From assembly GCF_001194135.2 (NCBI RefSeq), contig NC_068983.1:28543275-28607274 (forward strand): DNA of 64,000 bases, written 5' to 3'. Source of the stretch: Octopus bimaculoides (taxonomy: Eukaryota). The notes beneath the pieces were generated by a model that had not been told where the DNA came from, did not search any database, and saw only the letters and a list, made by a program, of their open reading frames with translations. A program made the position numbers and the translations under genes. This document shows, piece by piece, positions 63,803 to 64,000 of the stretch (position 1 is the stretch's first letter; each line of letters begins with the position of its first letter).

Positions 63803-64000
63803 AAATATTCTGATTATATGTCTGTGCACACATTTGAATGTGGTGCATGCCAGAGGGCTTGCAAATCCAATGGGGGTCTGAAAAGACATGTTAGGATCCA
63901 CAATGAGCAGAACTTACCTGCAGGTATTGGTAGTGCAAATCAGAGGTGCAATCTGTGTGGGTGTTTTTTCAAAACATTGTCTGGTTTAAAAAGCCACATC
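63803..64000 (+). CDS. Open frame with two C2H2-type zinc fingers, truncated by the window edge (probably LINE-derived)
   Basis: KYSDYMSVHTFECGACQRACKSNGGLKRHVRIHNEQNLPAGIGSANQRCNLCGCFFKTLSGLKSHI; no stop up to 64000; no TGEKP linker. Confidence 0.65.

Overview
AT-rich, repeat-dense animal genomic DNA with 11 N-gaps. The SINE families and the (AT)n/(CA)n/(AAT)n load resemble an Octopus-type cephalopod genome; this is recognition from memory, not a database hit. No intact multi-exon host gene can be assembled from the sequence. Most of the supplied ORFs are microsatellite or gap artefacts. The window looks like intron or intergenic DNA holding many tRNA-derived SINE copies from at least four families (A-D here, my labels). 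It also holds fossils of RTE, R4/Dong, HERO-like and Gypsy retroelements, three TTAA/CCC MITE copies, Penelope-like fragments, and a two-finger C2H2 reading frame running off the right edge. The most unusual structures are a SINE flanked by a 143-bp direct repeat, a 111-bp near-perfect palindrome in (TA)n, hammerhead-like cores in short TA-embedded elements, recursive-splice-site-like AG|GT motifs, candidate micro-exons, and a 2x2 head/tail swap among SINE families. All translations and alignments were done by eye, and repeat boundaries are approximate.
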